Of a DNA stretch of 64,000 nt, positions 37,104 through 45,904 are shown in pieces. Under the pieces are notes generated by a model. The model had not been told where the DNA came from and searched no databases. It worked only from the letters and a program-made list of their open reading frames with translations. The DNA comes from a virus. The stretch is from the IMG/VR virus record IMGVR_UViG_3300035703_000053, positions 19,754 to 83,753 of that record. The stretch is one strand, 5' to 3'. Both the position numbers and the translations under genes were made by a program. The stretch's first letter is position 1. Each line of letters begins with the position of its first letter.

Positions 37104-37523
37104 ATGTTTAGCAACACCATTATCGGTCGCGTTGTTTACATGGAGCCTGCCGTGCATGAAGGTAGGGAATTCCTGGCTATCAAGCTGGCAGTATCCGATA
37201 TCTCTGGCAACGAGATCCGTATTAAATTCAACAACTCGAACGGGTTGTTTACTGCGTACAAGAATGGCACACTCGTTATTGGTCACCAGCTAATCCTTAC
37301 TCAGTTCGACGTTCGTCTTAATAGCATTCGTACGCATTACCTCAAAGATGGCCTGCTTCATCAGCTGAGGTATCCGGAGATTGCACTGACGAAGGTCAGA
37401 GCTTTTATGGGTTCAGCTCCAAGGCAGAAGGCAGAAGTGCCTCATGCCTACACCGATAACCAACAGGTGGAAGAGCTGACACCATACGGTGGCGAACCAA
37501 CGCTAGAGACTGTACCGTTCTGA
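37104..37523 (+). CDS. OB-fold / SSB-like protein
   Basis: NTIIGRVV start and acidic ...ETVPF C-terminus. Confidence 0.5.
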   Translation: MFSNTIIGRVVYMEPAVHEGREFLAIKLAVSDISGNEIRIKFNNSNGLFTAYKNGTLVIGHQLILTQFDVRLNSIRTHYLKDGLLHQLRYPEIALTKVRAFMGSAPRQKAEVPHAYTDNQQVEELTPYGGEPTLETVPF

Positions 37524-37524
37524 A

Positions 37525-37592
37525 GTCTGCACTTAACCCTTCTGTCGAGAGACAGTGGGTTTTCTGCAGACATCTCACCGCAGGTGTCTGTA
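37525..37592 (+). ncRNA. family D3
   Basis: GTCTGCA/TGCAGAC, AACCC/GGGTT; alternative TGCAGACATCT/AGGTGTCTGTA. Confidence 0.65.
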
Positions 37593-37611
37593 CTATCCAT
37601 CAGCTCAACTT

Positions 37612-37815
37612 ATGAAACATGTAATCAAGCTCAAGCCTAAACACTATGTTCACCTCGATTCTTACGGTGAGTCTCATGAGACTCGCGGTAGTGAGGTGAT
37701 TGTCCTGGCCTTGGGTATACTCATCAGTGCACTCACCGTAGGTGCATTACTTGGCACTGATATTACTCAACCTACTCAACAGAACCATGGCAATTCACAT
37801 CGCACTGATCGTTGA
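37612..37815 (+). CDS. small membrane protein
   Basis: ATG 37612; predicted TM segment VIVLALGILISALTVGALL. Confidence 0.55.
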   Translation: MKHVIKLKPKHYVHLDSYGESHETRGSEVIVLALGILISALTVGALLGTDITQPTQQNHGNSHRTDR

Positions 37816-38014
37816 TGCTACTGGCCGCTATGCCCATGTTTGGGGAGAAGCTTCAAGTTGGGATGACTTCATTGACCAACTTGAAGAACTAGGCGCAGAA
37901 GTAATTGAAGAACAAACTTCTGATTGGGAAGGTTATACCAAGGAAGAGATAGATGAAGATTGTATTTCAATTGGTAAGTTATTAATTGATACAGACTTTG
38001 TACCTTATGAATAG
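37787..38014 (+). CDS. early acidic hypothetical protein
   Basis: ATG 37787 (MAIHIAL). Confidence 0.55.
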   Translation: MAIHIALIVDATGRYAHVWGEASSWDDFIDQLEELGAEVIEEQTSDWEGYTKEEIDEDCISIGKLLIDTDFVPYE

Positions 38015-38058
38015 GCCACCCATAACTGGAGTGGAATGACTCCAGATTTGAGTAGGCT

Positions 38059-38103
38059 CCCCCTGGCCCCCGGCCAACAGCCAGCACCAGGGATATGGCT
38101 GTT
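38059..38103 (+). ncRNA. pseudoknot, family F copy 1
   Basis: CCCTGG/CCAGGG and AACAGCCA/TGGCTGTT around CCCCCGGC. Confidence 0.5.
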
Positions 38104-38169
38104 TAGTGTTTGACTTTACTTTATTAAGTATTTGAGTATTTGAAGTTTATTCAATTTACTTATATGGAT

Positions 38170-38196
38170 GGACCTGAGCATGTCCTTAAACTGCTC
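38170..38196 (+). ncRNA. 27-nt H-type pseudoknot, family E1
   Basis: GGAC-CT-GAGCA-T-GTCC-TTAAAC-TGCTC. Confidence 0.75.
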
Positions 38197-38219
38197 AGCA
38201 AACTTATCTATTACACACC

Positions 38220-38492
38220 ATGACTACACTTGAAGATTTTGCACAAGAAAACGCTATATATCCTTGGCTTGCCAATGATTGTATGGCGGATAATGCTTTA
38301 GATCAGAACTACAACGCTGACTTGCTTGATTCCATGGCTGACATGGCCTACGAACAAGAGCAAGCCATGCGTGAATCAAATGAAGATGACTGGACCCTTG
38401 TAGATCGAACCGATGGAATTGTATCGGTAGATCTACTTAATGGCTATGTAAACTTATTTGAAGACATTATCCATGATGACGAAACACACTGA
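38220..38492 (+). CDS. early acidic hypothetical protein
   Basis: Starts 23 nt after E1. Confidence 0.6.
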   Translation: MTTLEDFAQENAIYPWLANDCMADNALDQNYNADLLDSMADMAYEQEQAMRESNEDDWTLVDRTDGIVSVDLLNGYVNLFEDIIHDDETH

Positions 38493-38561
38493 TCCCACAA
38501 TGGATGACATAATTATTGTCATCCTTGCAATCATTTCAATCATCATTACTGAACTAATCTC

Positions 38562-38918
38562 ATGCTTCACCCCATCACTCAAGAAATCGCTGCAACCTTC
38601 GGGTACCAACCCTTCGACTCAGAAGAAGGTCAGCAGCAGTACCAAGCAGAGTGCGACTTCCAGAACGCACCAAAGGGAGCAATCCCCTGCACTGGTAACG
38701 TCTACAGAAACAAGCAGGGAGTCCTGCGTTGTTACTGGATTCCAGCCGGAGGTAACTACTCGGCCCAAGACAAGGAGGAACTCGAAGGCTGGTACGACAT
38801 CCCAAGCAACGAAGATATCGAGGAGTGGGTGTTCGACAGCATCTGTTTCACACCAGCAGATGATGAAGTAGAACCAGACCACCCTGATAGCTGGCTCTCA
38901 ATCCTTGGATTGATTTAA
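38562..38918 (+). CDS. hypothetical phage protein
   Basis: PSNEDIEEWVFDSIC.TP..DEVEPDHP.SWLSILGLI C-terminus. Confidence 0.65.
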   Translation: MLHPITQEIAATFGYQPFDSEEGQQQYQAECDFQNAPKGAIPCTGNVYRNKQGVLRCYWIPAGGNYSAQDKEELEGWYDIPSNEDIEEWVFDSICFTPADDEVEPDHPDSWLSILGLI

Positions 38919-39014
38919 CCTATGTCATATAACGCAAGTGTAATGATGACATATGCCATTCGCGAATAGCGAATATGTAAGTACCAGGGGTATTGCCAGA
39001 TAACCACTGGCCTA

Positions 39015-39054
39015 CCCCCTGCACCCCCGGCAGAAGTACCAGGAGATAACTTCT
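39015..39054 (+). ncRNA. pseudoknot, family F copy 2
   Basis: CCTG/CAGG and AGAAGT/ACTTCT around CCCCCGGC. Confidence 0.5.
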
Positions 39055-39087
39055 ATTAGTAAATAACCTAACCAATGCATTAAGCCA

Positions 39088-39420
39088 ATGGCACAAACCA
39101 AATCATCTCAACGTAAACAACAACCATCTCCTGATTACCCTCAAGGTAAGCACACAGTTACATTCACAGACATAGATGAAGAAGATTGGTGGTTAATCAC
39201 AAACTTATTCAAAGGACGTATTGATTACTTTAATCAACGTTTACAAGAAATTCAACATTCTAAAGATCCGGATTTAATACGGAGAAACACAGAGTGGCTA
39301 GAAGAAACAATAGAACGTTTGGAGATTAGACTACATCAGTTCGAAGATCAGATCAGTCCTACATACTTTAAGCGTAAGCGTGCAGAACATGCCGCTCGCA
39401 TAAAGCAACCAAACATTTAA
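39088..39420 (+). CDS. hypothetical protein
   Basis: 110 aa. Confidence 0.6.
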   Translation: MAQTKSSQRKQQPSPDYPQGKHTVTFTDIDEEDWWLITNLFKGRIDYFNQRLQEIQHSKDPDLIRRNTEWLEETIERLEIRLHQFEDQISPTYFKRKRAEHAARIKQPNI

Positions 39421-39491
39421 ACACTGGGCATTCATGTATATACATGTTGTAAGTCCCAGGGGGTTTAGAAATTACTCAACACACTCTTGTC

Positions 39492-39818
39492 ATGACAAAC
39501 AAAGTCTTGAAGTTTGAACCAACCATCTATAAGAAATCAGATGGTACAGAGGTTGTATTCCAAGTCAATGATTCCACACGCATTGACATGATCATTACAG
39601 AACTACAAGCTATCTATGCACGTGAACAGAAACGTGACTTGATGGCACTGCACCTTCCATATGAAGCACCTGAGCTGCTGCTGGAAGCCATTGGTCTGCT
39701 TGAGAAAGCAACTGAGTGGGGTGAACCAACAGACGATGATCTATGTGGTGAGCCACCAGTGACCATGGCTGAGATGCACTCAGCTGCATGGAAGGAACAT
39801 CAAGAAGCACACCGGTAA
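39492..39818 (+). CDS. hypothetical protein
   Basis: 108 aa; GEPPVTMAEMH..AW.EH C-terminus. Confidence 0.6.
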   Translation: MTNKVLKFEPTIYKKSDGTEVVFQVNDSTRIDMIITELQAIYAREQKRDLMALHLPYEAPELLLEAIGLLEKATEWGEPTDDDLCGEPPVTMAEMHSAAWKEHQEAHR

Positions 39819-39928
39819 CCATTCACATACCGCAAGGTTAAGAACTGGTTAACACAGTGGTCATGGCTTGACACCACCCGGTAGACTGGCCGTGACCACA
39901 CACTCAACCTCTACAAAACCTACATTAA

Positions 39929-40132
39929 ATGTCCGACAAAATCAGCATTCCAAACTCAATCAACTCCAACAATCTTGCTGCAATGCAACTTGTAGCCAAG
40001 ATGAAAGAGTCTGCAGACAAGCATGGTATTGGCTTCATTGGGGGATTTATATCTCCCGATGGAGAGAAATTTATTATGACGAATATGGATGATGAAGATT
40101 CCCAGGCCTTGCTGCCTGAGAATCTTAAGTGA
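39929..40132 (+). CDS. hypothetical protein
   Basis: 67 aa. Confidence 0.55.
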   Translation: MSDKISIPNSINSNNLAAMQLVAKMKESADKHGIGFIGGFISPDGEKFIMTNMDDEDSQALLPENLK

Positions 40133-40148
40133 ATCTTAAATTACACAC

Positions 40149-40454
40149 TTGAAAACAATGGATGATCGTGAAGCAATGATTGATGAAATCATTGATAAAT
40201 TCAATTTTGAGAAAGTGCACATTGCTATGACTGCACTTGATTGGAAATGGAAACCAACAGTTAGTAACACACCAGCTGTTCCATCAATCTCCAGGCTTAA
40301 GGAGATGGCTCGTCACTTGTTAAGTGAAGCTATCAACCATAAGGTTGTAGGTAGCGGAGGTTTCGAAGCTAAGTACATACCTAAGGTTGATAATGATCCA
40401 GAGTATTTCCATTTGAAATTCATTCTTTGCGAAGCTGATTCCTACGATGACTAA
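40149..40454 (+). CDS. hypothetical phage protein
   Basis: IDEIIDKFNFEKVH.AM.ALDW.W pattern. Confidence 0.65.
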   Translation: MKTMDDREAMIDEIIDKFNFEKVHIAMTALDWKWKPTVSNTPAVPSISRLKEMARHLLSEAINHKVVGSGGFEAKYIPKVDNDPEYFHLKFILCEADSYDD

Positions 40455-40770
40455 TCAAGAACACAACGGCAACCGTACGTGTATCTCGATGACTGACCTC
40501 TCCCCCGCCGCTGCTGCTGTCAGGGCCGCTTACTCGGAAGGCTGCTATTTGCTGATGCCGCACCGCAAGCATCAACTGGATGGCATGGCTTGCCCTGGGC
40601 TAACCTCCGCCATCCGCGCTATTGCGGATCAGGTGGTGCCAGAGGAACCGGAGCCAGATCAATCAGCTATGACGTTTTCAGATTGGAATCTCAAAACTGA
40701 AAGCTGGGATGCCCGCATGGCTACTCGCTCCGCGATCCTCGCCATTGCCTACGAGCTGGAGGCTGTTTGA
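40447..40770 (+). CDS. hypothetical protein, paralog of 45330..45593
   Basis: LSPAA.AV..A...AIRAIADQV...ILAIA.ELE. Confidence 0.65.
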   Translation: MTNQEHNGNRTCISMTDLSPAAAAVRAAYSEGCYLLMPHRKHQLDGMACPGLTSAIRAIADQVVPEEPEPDQSAMTFSDWNLKTESWDARMATRSAILAIAYELEAV

Positions 40771-40970
40771 TGATTAAACCTAAATCACCCATCAACTTCG
40801 ATAAAACTATTGCAGGATTTAATATCACGGAACATGGTATCAAATCATTTACTAAGTCAATTAAACTTGGTCCGTTACAAGTAACATTTAACGCCAGAGA
40901 ATCTGGTGTACGTGCATCTGTATCATTACCTGGTACAGGACTATCACGTCGTAACATCAAGTTACTTTGA
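40767..40970 (+). CDS. DUF4236-like small basic protein
   Basis: KSIKLGP...N....G...SVSLPGTGLSR. Confidence 0.55.
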   Translation: MMIKPKSPINFDKTIAGFNITEHGIKSFTKSIKLGPLQVTFNARESGVRASVSLPGTGLSRRNIKLL

Positions 40971-40976
40971 TTGACT

Positions 40977-41003
40977 CGTCCTGGGCATGACGTTAAACTG
41001 CCT
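40977..41003 (+). ncRNA. pseudoknot family E2
   Basis: CGTC-CT-GGGCA-T-GACG-TTAAAC-TGCCT. Confidence 0.75.
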
Positions 41004-41025
41004 ATGTTCACTCAACTTAAATCAC

Positions 41026-41202
41026 ATGGAACCAGGACTTACTTTCTTTGACAGGCTGTCAATTGCGAATTGCGCCAAGCAACGAGCAGAACAGAACTGT
41101 TGCGACAGACGTCGTTTTACCGACGAGTTTTTCACTGCGCGCATGTGGGCTCGCTATCGGTGCTACATCACACGTGAGATTCAATTCGTGGAGCCTGATT
41201 GA
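41026..41202 (+). CDS. hypothetical protein
   Basis: ATG 41026 after E2. Confidence 0.5.
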   Translation: MEPGLTFFDRLSIANCAKQRAEQNCCDRRRFTDEFFTARMWARYRCYITREIQFVEPD

Positions 41203-41450
41203 TGTCTGTACTTGCAGTCGAACACACTACTATTGATGGTAACGATGTTACTGTTACAGCAGTTGTTGATGAGATGCGTTTGCTTTATCGAGCAACACAT
41301 CTTGATCCTGAAGAGTATGCTCCTGCATTGTGCCAGGTATATTTCACAGTGGATGAGGGAGAACAAATCCCTACTGACGAAGATGGCTTCTGTCAGTATC
41401 TTGATTCACTCAATCTTGACTGGCAACTACTCCCTATAGAGAACGACTGA
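41199..41450 (+). CDS. acidic hypothetical protein
   Basis: 83 aa, coupled to neighbours. Confidence 0.6.
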   Translation: MMSVLAVEHTTIDGNDVTVTAVVDEMRLLYRATHLDPEEYAPALCQVYFTVDEGEQIPTDEDGFCQYLDSLNLDWQLLPIEND

Positions 41451-41680
41451 TGATTGGATTATCAATTGAATTCAAACGCTGGTACATTGTTATCAGGGGC
41501 CCCAAGGGTAGAATTTATTTGGCCACTGGATTTGCCAGAAGCATGCCTGTGTTTATGCCAACAGGTACACTGACTCTTGGCGACCATATAGATGACAGTC
41601 ACTCTGCAATCCTTGCAGATGAATGGAGAGAAGATGAAACGGATGAGGAACTGTTACAACAGTTAAAGGACATCCGTTGA
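41450..41680 (+). CDS. hypothetical protein
   Basis: TGATG coupling. Confidence 0.55.
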   Translation: MIGLSIEFKRWYIVIRGPKGRIYLATGFARSMPVFMPTGTLTLGDHIDDSHSAILADEWREDETDEELLQQLKDIR

Positions 41681-41685
41681 TCACA

Positions 41686-41712
41686 CGTCCTGGACATGAC
41701 GTTAAACTGTCC
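41686..41712 (+). ncRNA. pseudoknot family E3
   Basis: CGTC-CT-GGACA-T-GACG-TTAAAC-TGTCC. Confidence 0.75.
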
Positions 41713-41742
41713 GCTACACTACGAACTTACTTCGAACTCACC

Positions 41743-43422
41743 ATGGAATTTCAACTGCCATCTAACCTCAAGACTGAGCTAATCCCTTATGATGCCACGC
41801 TTAAGCAGCTGGCTAAACTTACCAAACAACCTGGTACTAAAGCAGCTAAGCCTAAGTACCCACTTGGTAATGTTAACGATTTAATTCCTGAAGACATTGT
41901 TGATCCTGCTGTATTGCAACAAGTTGTTGATCGCATCAACAATGTTTATGCACAAGATCGTTGCCATACGTTTAGACCAACAGACGAAGGTGTTAAATCA
42001 ACAGCTATCTTGTATCACTACGAACAACTGTGGATAGCTGCGTGGCTACCACCTGAGGGTGAAGAGAATGTATATGTATATGGATATGCTTATGCATTTA
42101 AAGATACAGAATCTGCACGTAAATTAAATCGTGACTTGATTGCTAATAATCAAATTGATACATTTAACAAGGTTAGTTACGGTCGCAGTCAATTCTTTGT
42201 ACGTAAACGTTACGTCACTGTAGATGATATTAAGAATGGTGATGACATACGTAATTGGAATCATAAATATATGTCATATGGTAAAGGTATAAACATTCGT
42301 CCTACTGTTATTTACTTTGAGAACGCATTGCGTCAAACAATTCCGCAATGGCAGGACTCACGTTATATTTTTGAGCGTCTTAAAGATTCATCTATTCTTA
42401 ATGTGTTGTTTGAAGGTAGGGGACAAGTTGATTCATACTTTAAAGATAAGCGTAATAGCTGGTTGCCTAGTGCCAGTGCAGTCATTGATCTGCTTGACAA
42501 CAATATTATTAACTTATCTCCAGCACCTGCTAATACTATTCGTCACATTGTAGATAAACCATTTTTCCGTAAGTGGATTCAACAACAGTGTGATGAAGTG
42601 CTAGCTATTTATAACAACAAAGATAATAAATCACGCAAGGCTATTCAACGTCCGTGGAACATAATTACTTTATTGTTTAATCGTCTTGCATATGTCAATA
42701 GGATTTGGCCTGACTGCCCTATTGATTACTACCAAAATAATATTGATACACTACTGACAATAGACTTTGGTTATTTTTCCAATAGGGCAGTTGATTATTG
42801 GCTGAATACATACATGCCAGTTGCTTCATTCTTTAATATTCTTAACAAGTTTAAAGAACAGAATACTAGTAACGGTTATACAAACAATGAGACAGGTTTG
42901 ACAATTGCCACTCTATATAATTGGCGTGACACATATCAAATGCTTGGTCAGATTCTTAGCGCTGACAAAACTATTGAACCACCACGTCGTTGGCGTCTCA
43001 ATGAATTCCATGATCATGTACAAGCAGAAGCATGGAAAATCCAACATCCTAATAGTTCATTGCCCCAGGATTTATTCCCTGCTCCAGTACGTATTACATA
43101 CAACGAACAGACCTGGTCATTCTTTCAGCCTATTGATACACATCAACTATCTAGCTGGGGTCAGGCTGTACGTAACTGCGTTGGTAATGCATCTAGCTAT
43201 GCAGAAGGTGTACGCAAGAAGAAACACTTTATTGTTCTGTGTATCATTGATGGCAAACCAACATTTACTGTGCAGCTCACCGTTGATAACGGCATGATGT
43301 CTGTCACGCAGATTGTTGGTACATCTAATGCCAGGCTTAGCTCTGATCAGCAAGCTGAATACACAGAAGCCTTCCGCCTTGCCTTGCAAGCACGGGAATC
43401 TGAGCTAGGATCAAAGGGTTGA
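41743..43422 (+). CDS. PcfJ-like domain protein
   Basis: C-terminal L.EFHD...P.DTHQLSSWGQAVRNCVG..SYA...Q..G..N; ATG 41743 preferred. Confidence 0.7.
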   Translation: MEFQLPSNLKTELIPYDATLKQLAKLTKQPGTKAAKPKYPLGNVNDLIPEDIVDPAVLQQVVDRINNVYAQDRCHTFRPTDEGVKSTAILYHYEQLWIAAWLPPEGEENVYVYGYAYAFKDTESARKLNRDLIANNQIDTFNKVSYGRSQFFVRKRYVTVDDIKNGDDIRNWNHKYMSYGKGINIRPTVIYFENALRQTIPQWQDSRYIFERLKDSSILNVLFEGRGQVDSYFKDKRNSWLPSASAVIDLLDNNIINLSPAPANTIRHIVDKPFFRKWIQQQCDEVLAIYNNKDNKSRKAIQRPWNIITLLFNRLAYVNRIWPDCPIDYYQNNIDTLLTIDFGYFSNRAVDYWLNTYMPVASFFNILNKFKEQNTSNGYTNNETGLTIATLYNWRDTYQMLGQILSADKTIEPPRRWRLNEFHDHVQAEAWKIQHPNSSLPQDLFPAPVRITYNEQTWSFFQPIDTHQLSSWGQAVRNCVGNASSYAEGVRKKKHFIVLCIIDGKPTFTVQLTVDNGMMSVTQIVGTSNARLSSDQQAEYTEAFRLALQARESELGSKG

Positions 43423-43464
43423 AGCCAACAGCCAGCATCCTCGTCACTGCTGGCTTTCATTCTT

Positions 43465-43716
43465 ATGTCAGGGTCCATTGCTCCAGGTGCAGACGATGAT
43501 CAACAGCCACTATCAGTGGAGGATCAACGGCTGCTTGCAATGGCCCTGGCCAACCTTGGTCAATACATTCATGACAACTCACCACACTATGAGTTGATTG
43601 AAGATCCAAGGAACGATGATGACTATGACACCTGGGAGGTGGGTATGGAACCACTACCAGGTGATCATACTTGGCGGTCTAATTCCATAGACGTAAGTCC
43701 AAGTAACGGGGTGTGA
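43465..43716 (+). CDS. acidic hypothetical protein
   Basis: 83 aa; stop overlaps the tRNA 5' end. Confidence 0.45.
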   Translation: MSGSIAPGADDDQQPLSVEDQRLLAMALANLGQYIHDNSPHYELIEDPRNDDDYDTWEVGMEPLPGDHTWRSNSIDVSPSNGV

Positions 43717-43792
43717 TGAAATTAGAAACCATGACTGACTTAAAATCAGTTGGCCTTTGGCCTTGCAGGTGCAAGTCCTGTCACCCCGACCA
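43707..43792 (+). tRNA. tRNA-Leu(TAA), with non-canonical D and T loops
   Basis: Acceptor CGGGGTG/CACCCCG plus ACCA; anticodon arm ACTGA-CTTAAAA-TCAGT; variable arm GGCC/GGCC; T arm GCAGG-TGCAAGT-CCTGT. Confidence 0.8.
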
Positions 43793-43813
43793 CTTACATA
43801 CTTAACTCAAACC

Positions 43814-44176
43814 ATGAACATCTTTGCTTGTTTCAAACACATTGTTCCAGAGTTCCATGCATACAGTGATGAAGACAAACGCTACAACATCGGTGCTACA
43901 TGGACTGGGCAAGATGGTTTGCATGACTATCATAATATTGAATTGAAGTATGTCCATAACTCTGAGCGTCTTGCGCTTCAGGGTGATCCACAACCTGATG
44001 GTAGCTGGAAGTATGTAGAACCCAATGGCAATGTCCATATCATTAGCGCTGAGCGTGCCAAGCATTTCATGGAAGCTACGCAACACAACGCAACAATCAT
44101 GTGCAACATGCTTGACCGCCTCAGAGACTTAGGTGTGACTGGTGAGACACTGGACACCAGTGCTGAACCCGTCTAG
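43814..44176 (+). CDS. hypothetical protein
   Basis: ATG 43814 directly after tRNA. Confidence 0.6.
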   Translation: MNIFACFKHIVPEFHAYSDEDKRYNIGATWTGQDGLHDYHNIELKYVHNSERLALQGDPQPDGSWKYVEPNGNVHIISAERAKHFMEATQHNATIMCNMLDRLRDLGVTGETLDTSAEPV

Positions 44177-44247
44177 TATTCATGTGGAATGTTCAGGCCC
44201 CGGTGCAAGCCGGGGTCTTTCTCTATGACACAACCCAACTTAAAACC

Positions 44248-44619
44248 ATGACACAACAACATCCCATAACCCCACCGCCGGAGCTGGTGCAGCAGTGGGA
44301 AGCTGACTGGCATTGTTCCGGCAATACAAACGGAGACGGATTTACGCGTTTTGTTGCGACTTGCGCTGCCCAATGGGGAGCCGACATGGAGCTGGCGGCC
44401 TGTTGCAGACAACTTACGGATCCCAAGTGGTACGACGAAATCAAGAACTTGCGTGGGCCTTTCCGCGCAGCAGAACTCCGCGCCGCCCGCCGCCCCAAGC
44501 CTCAAACGTTGAACAGTATTGCCTTGCAAATGCTGGGCACCATTGAGCGCGACGCGCACTACTTACCCGAGATCACCGACACCATTCGCCGCGCACTTAA
44601 CCAGCTTTCTGATAGCTAA
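44248..44619 (+). CDS. hypothetical phage protein
   Basis: HPITPPPELVQQW...AAQWGAD.EL.ACC pattern; GC-rich. Confidence 0.65.
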   Translation: MTQQHPITPPPELVQQWEADWHCSGNTNGDGFTRFVATCAAQWGADMELAACCRQLTDPKWYDEIKNLRGPFRAAELRAARRPKPQTLNSIALQMLGTIERDAHYLPEITDTIRRALNQLSDS

Positions 44620-44626
44620 CATTACT

Positions 44627-45094
44627 ATGGAATTGACACTACTAGAGGTCCACCGTTTTTGGTCAAAGGTTGATGTAGTGACAGCCGATATGTGCTGGCA
44701 GTGGACTGGCTACTGCCTTCCGTTTGGCCATGGCCAGGCTTGGCTACAGGGAAAAACTTTTTTATCCCACCGTGTCGCTTACTCCTTGGCACAAGGACAA
44801 GTGCCTCCAAAGTTGCATGTTCGCCACCTTTGCGACAACCCTTGCTGTTGCAATCCTGCTCATCTTGCGCTTGGATCAGATCAGGATAATTCAGACGATA
44901 AATGTCGACAAGGTAGGCAGGCCCGTGGCTCTGGCAATGGGCGGTCAAAGCTTTCCGATCAAGAGGTGCTATGTATCTATAAATCAAGCAAGACACAAGA
45001 GGAGCTTGCATCGGAATTTGGCATACACCAATCAATGGTGAGTCGCATTAAGAACGGTGTTTACTGGAATTGGCTAACTGGAGCAACTCGATGA
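44627..45094 (+). CDS. HNH homing endonuclease with C-terminal HTH
   Basis: RFWSKV..CWQWTG..SHRVAY..VRHLCDNP.CCNPAHL.LG..DN..D. Confidence 0.9.
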   Translation: MELTLLEVHRFWSKVDVVTADMCWQWTGYCLPFGHGQAWLQGKTFLSHRVAYSLAQGQVPPKLHVRHLCDNPCCCNPAHLALGSDQDNSDDKCRQGRQARGSGNGRSKLSDQEVLCIYKSSKTQEELASEFGIHQSMVSRIKNGVYWNWLTGATR

Positions 45095-45333
45095 CTGACT
45101 TCCGAACACTTTGCGCTGAGCTTGTTGACTGTTTGGAAAAAGCCAACTGGCCCTTGCGGCATAAGACTGTCTTTGGGATCTGCCTTGACGACGCCCGAGC
45201 CGCTTTGACTCAGCCCGAGCCGCAGGGGCCGACGGATGAGGAGCTGTTTGAACTCTTCAATGAGAACGACTGGAACTACATCAGCCCAGAAACTTTCCTT
45301 GACATTGCTCGTTCTGTACTGGAGTTACGATGA
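45091..45333 (+). CDS. hypothetical phage protein
   Basis: TDFR.LCAEL...ARAAL.QPEPQGPTDEEL. Confidence 0.6.
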   Translation: MTDFRTLCAELVDCLEKANWPLRHKTVFGICLDDARAALTQPEPQGPTDEELFELFNENDWNYISPETFLDIARSVLELR

Positions 45334-45593
45334 CTGAACCTTTCTCCCCCGCCGCGCAGGCGGTGTTGGATGCTGCCTTCACACTGGCCGACAACTTTGA
45401 CCGTGATGTCACCGAAGCGGAAATGATCGCCGCCGCCCTCCGCGCTGCTGCTGATCAGCTTCCACTTCAGCCGCTGACGAGGGATCCCGCCGATCCGTTT
45501 GAGCAGGGGCTTCGTCAAGGCCAGGAACTGAGCCGCGTTGAAATTCTCGCCATCGCCGTTGAGCTGGAAACCTCTACCACTGAAAACCGATGA
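45330..45593 (+). CDS. hypothetical protein, paralog of 40447..40770
   Basis: SPAAQAVLDAA...AAALRAAADQ...ILAIA.ELE. Confidence 0.65.
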   Translation: MTEPFSPAAQAVLDAAFTLADNFDRDVTEAEMIAAALRAAADQLPLQPLTRDPADPFEQGLRQGQELSRVEILAIAVELETSTTENR

Positions 45594-45904
45594 CTGACTC
45601 AGTGCTTAATCTTGATTTAGTTGATCAGGTATTTGAACGTATACCTGAATGGACATGGACTACCGTACGTGATGCAATTGTTGCAAACCTTGTTGACAAC
45701 ATGCCAGGTGCAGTAGTTGAACGGTTGACTGGTACCTATGACAACTTTGATTTAGCTGAAAAGATTCTGATTGATTATTACTCACCAGCAGATAAATACA
45801 AAGATTTAATTGTTGATTCATTCAAGATCATTGGTGATGAAAACACTTTGTATTTATTGGATTCATTACAACTAGATAAGATTCCAGAACCAACGGAAGA
45901 CTGA
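45590..45904 (+). CDS. hypothetical protein
   Basis: 104 aa, coupled to neighbours. Confidence 0.6.
   Translation: MTDSVLNLDLVDQVFERIPEWTWTTVRDAIVANLVDNMPGAVVERLTGTYDNFDLAEKILIDYYSPADKYKDLIVDSFKIIGDENTLYLLDSLQLDKIPEPTED

Noticed and set aside
35304-37592. CRISPR array or integron attC cassette array
   Set aside because: Repeats are separated by whole genes of variable length and conserve structure rather than sequence. There is no cas gene, integrase or clear RYYYAAC/GTTRRRY ends in the window.
38458-38871. 137-aa membrane ORF overlapping 38562..38918
   Set aside because: The N-terminal hydrophobic part may be real, but the rest is an S/T/K-rich overlap frame, so there is not enough support to call it.
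39868-39888. Promoter TTGACA...TAGACT
   Set aside because: The spacer is only 8 nt.
40977-41003. Pistol ribozyme
   Set aside because: The P1-loop-UUAAA part is similar, but the loop pairs immediately and the catalytic P2/P3 region is absent.
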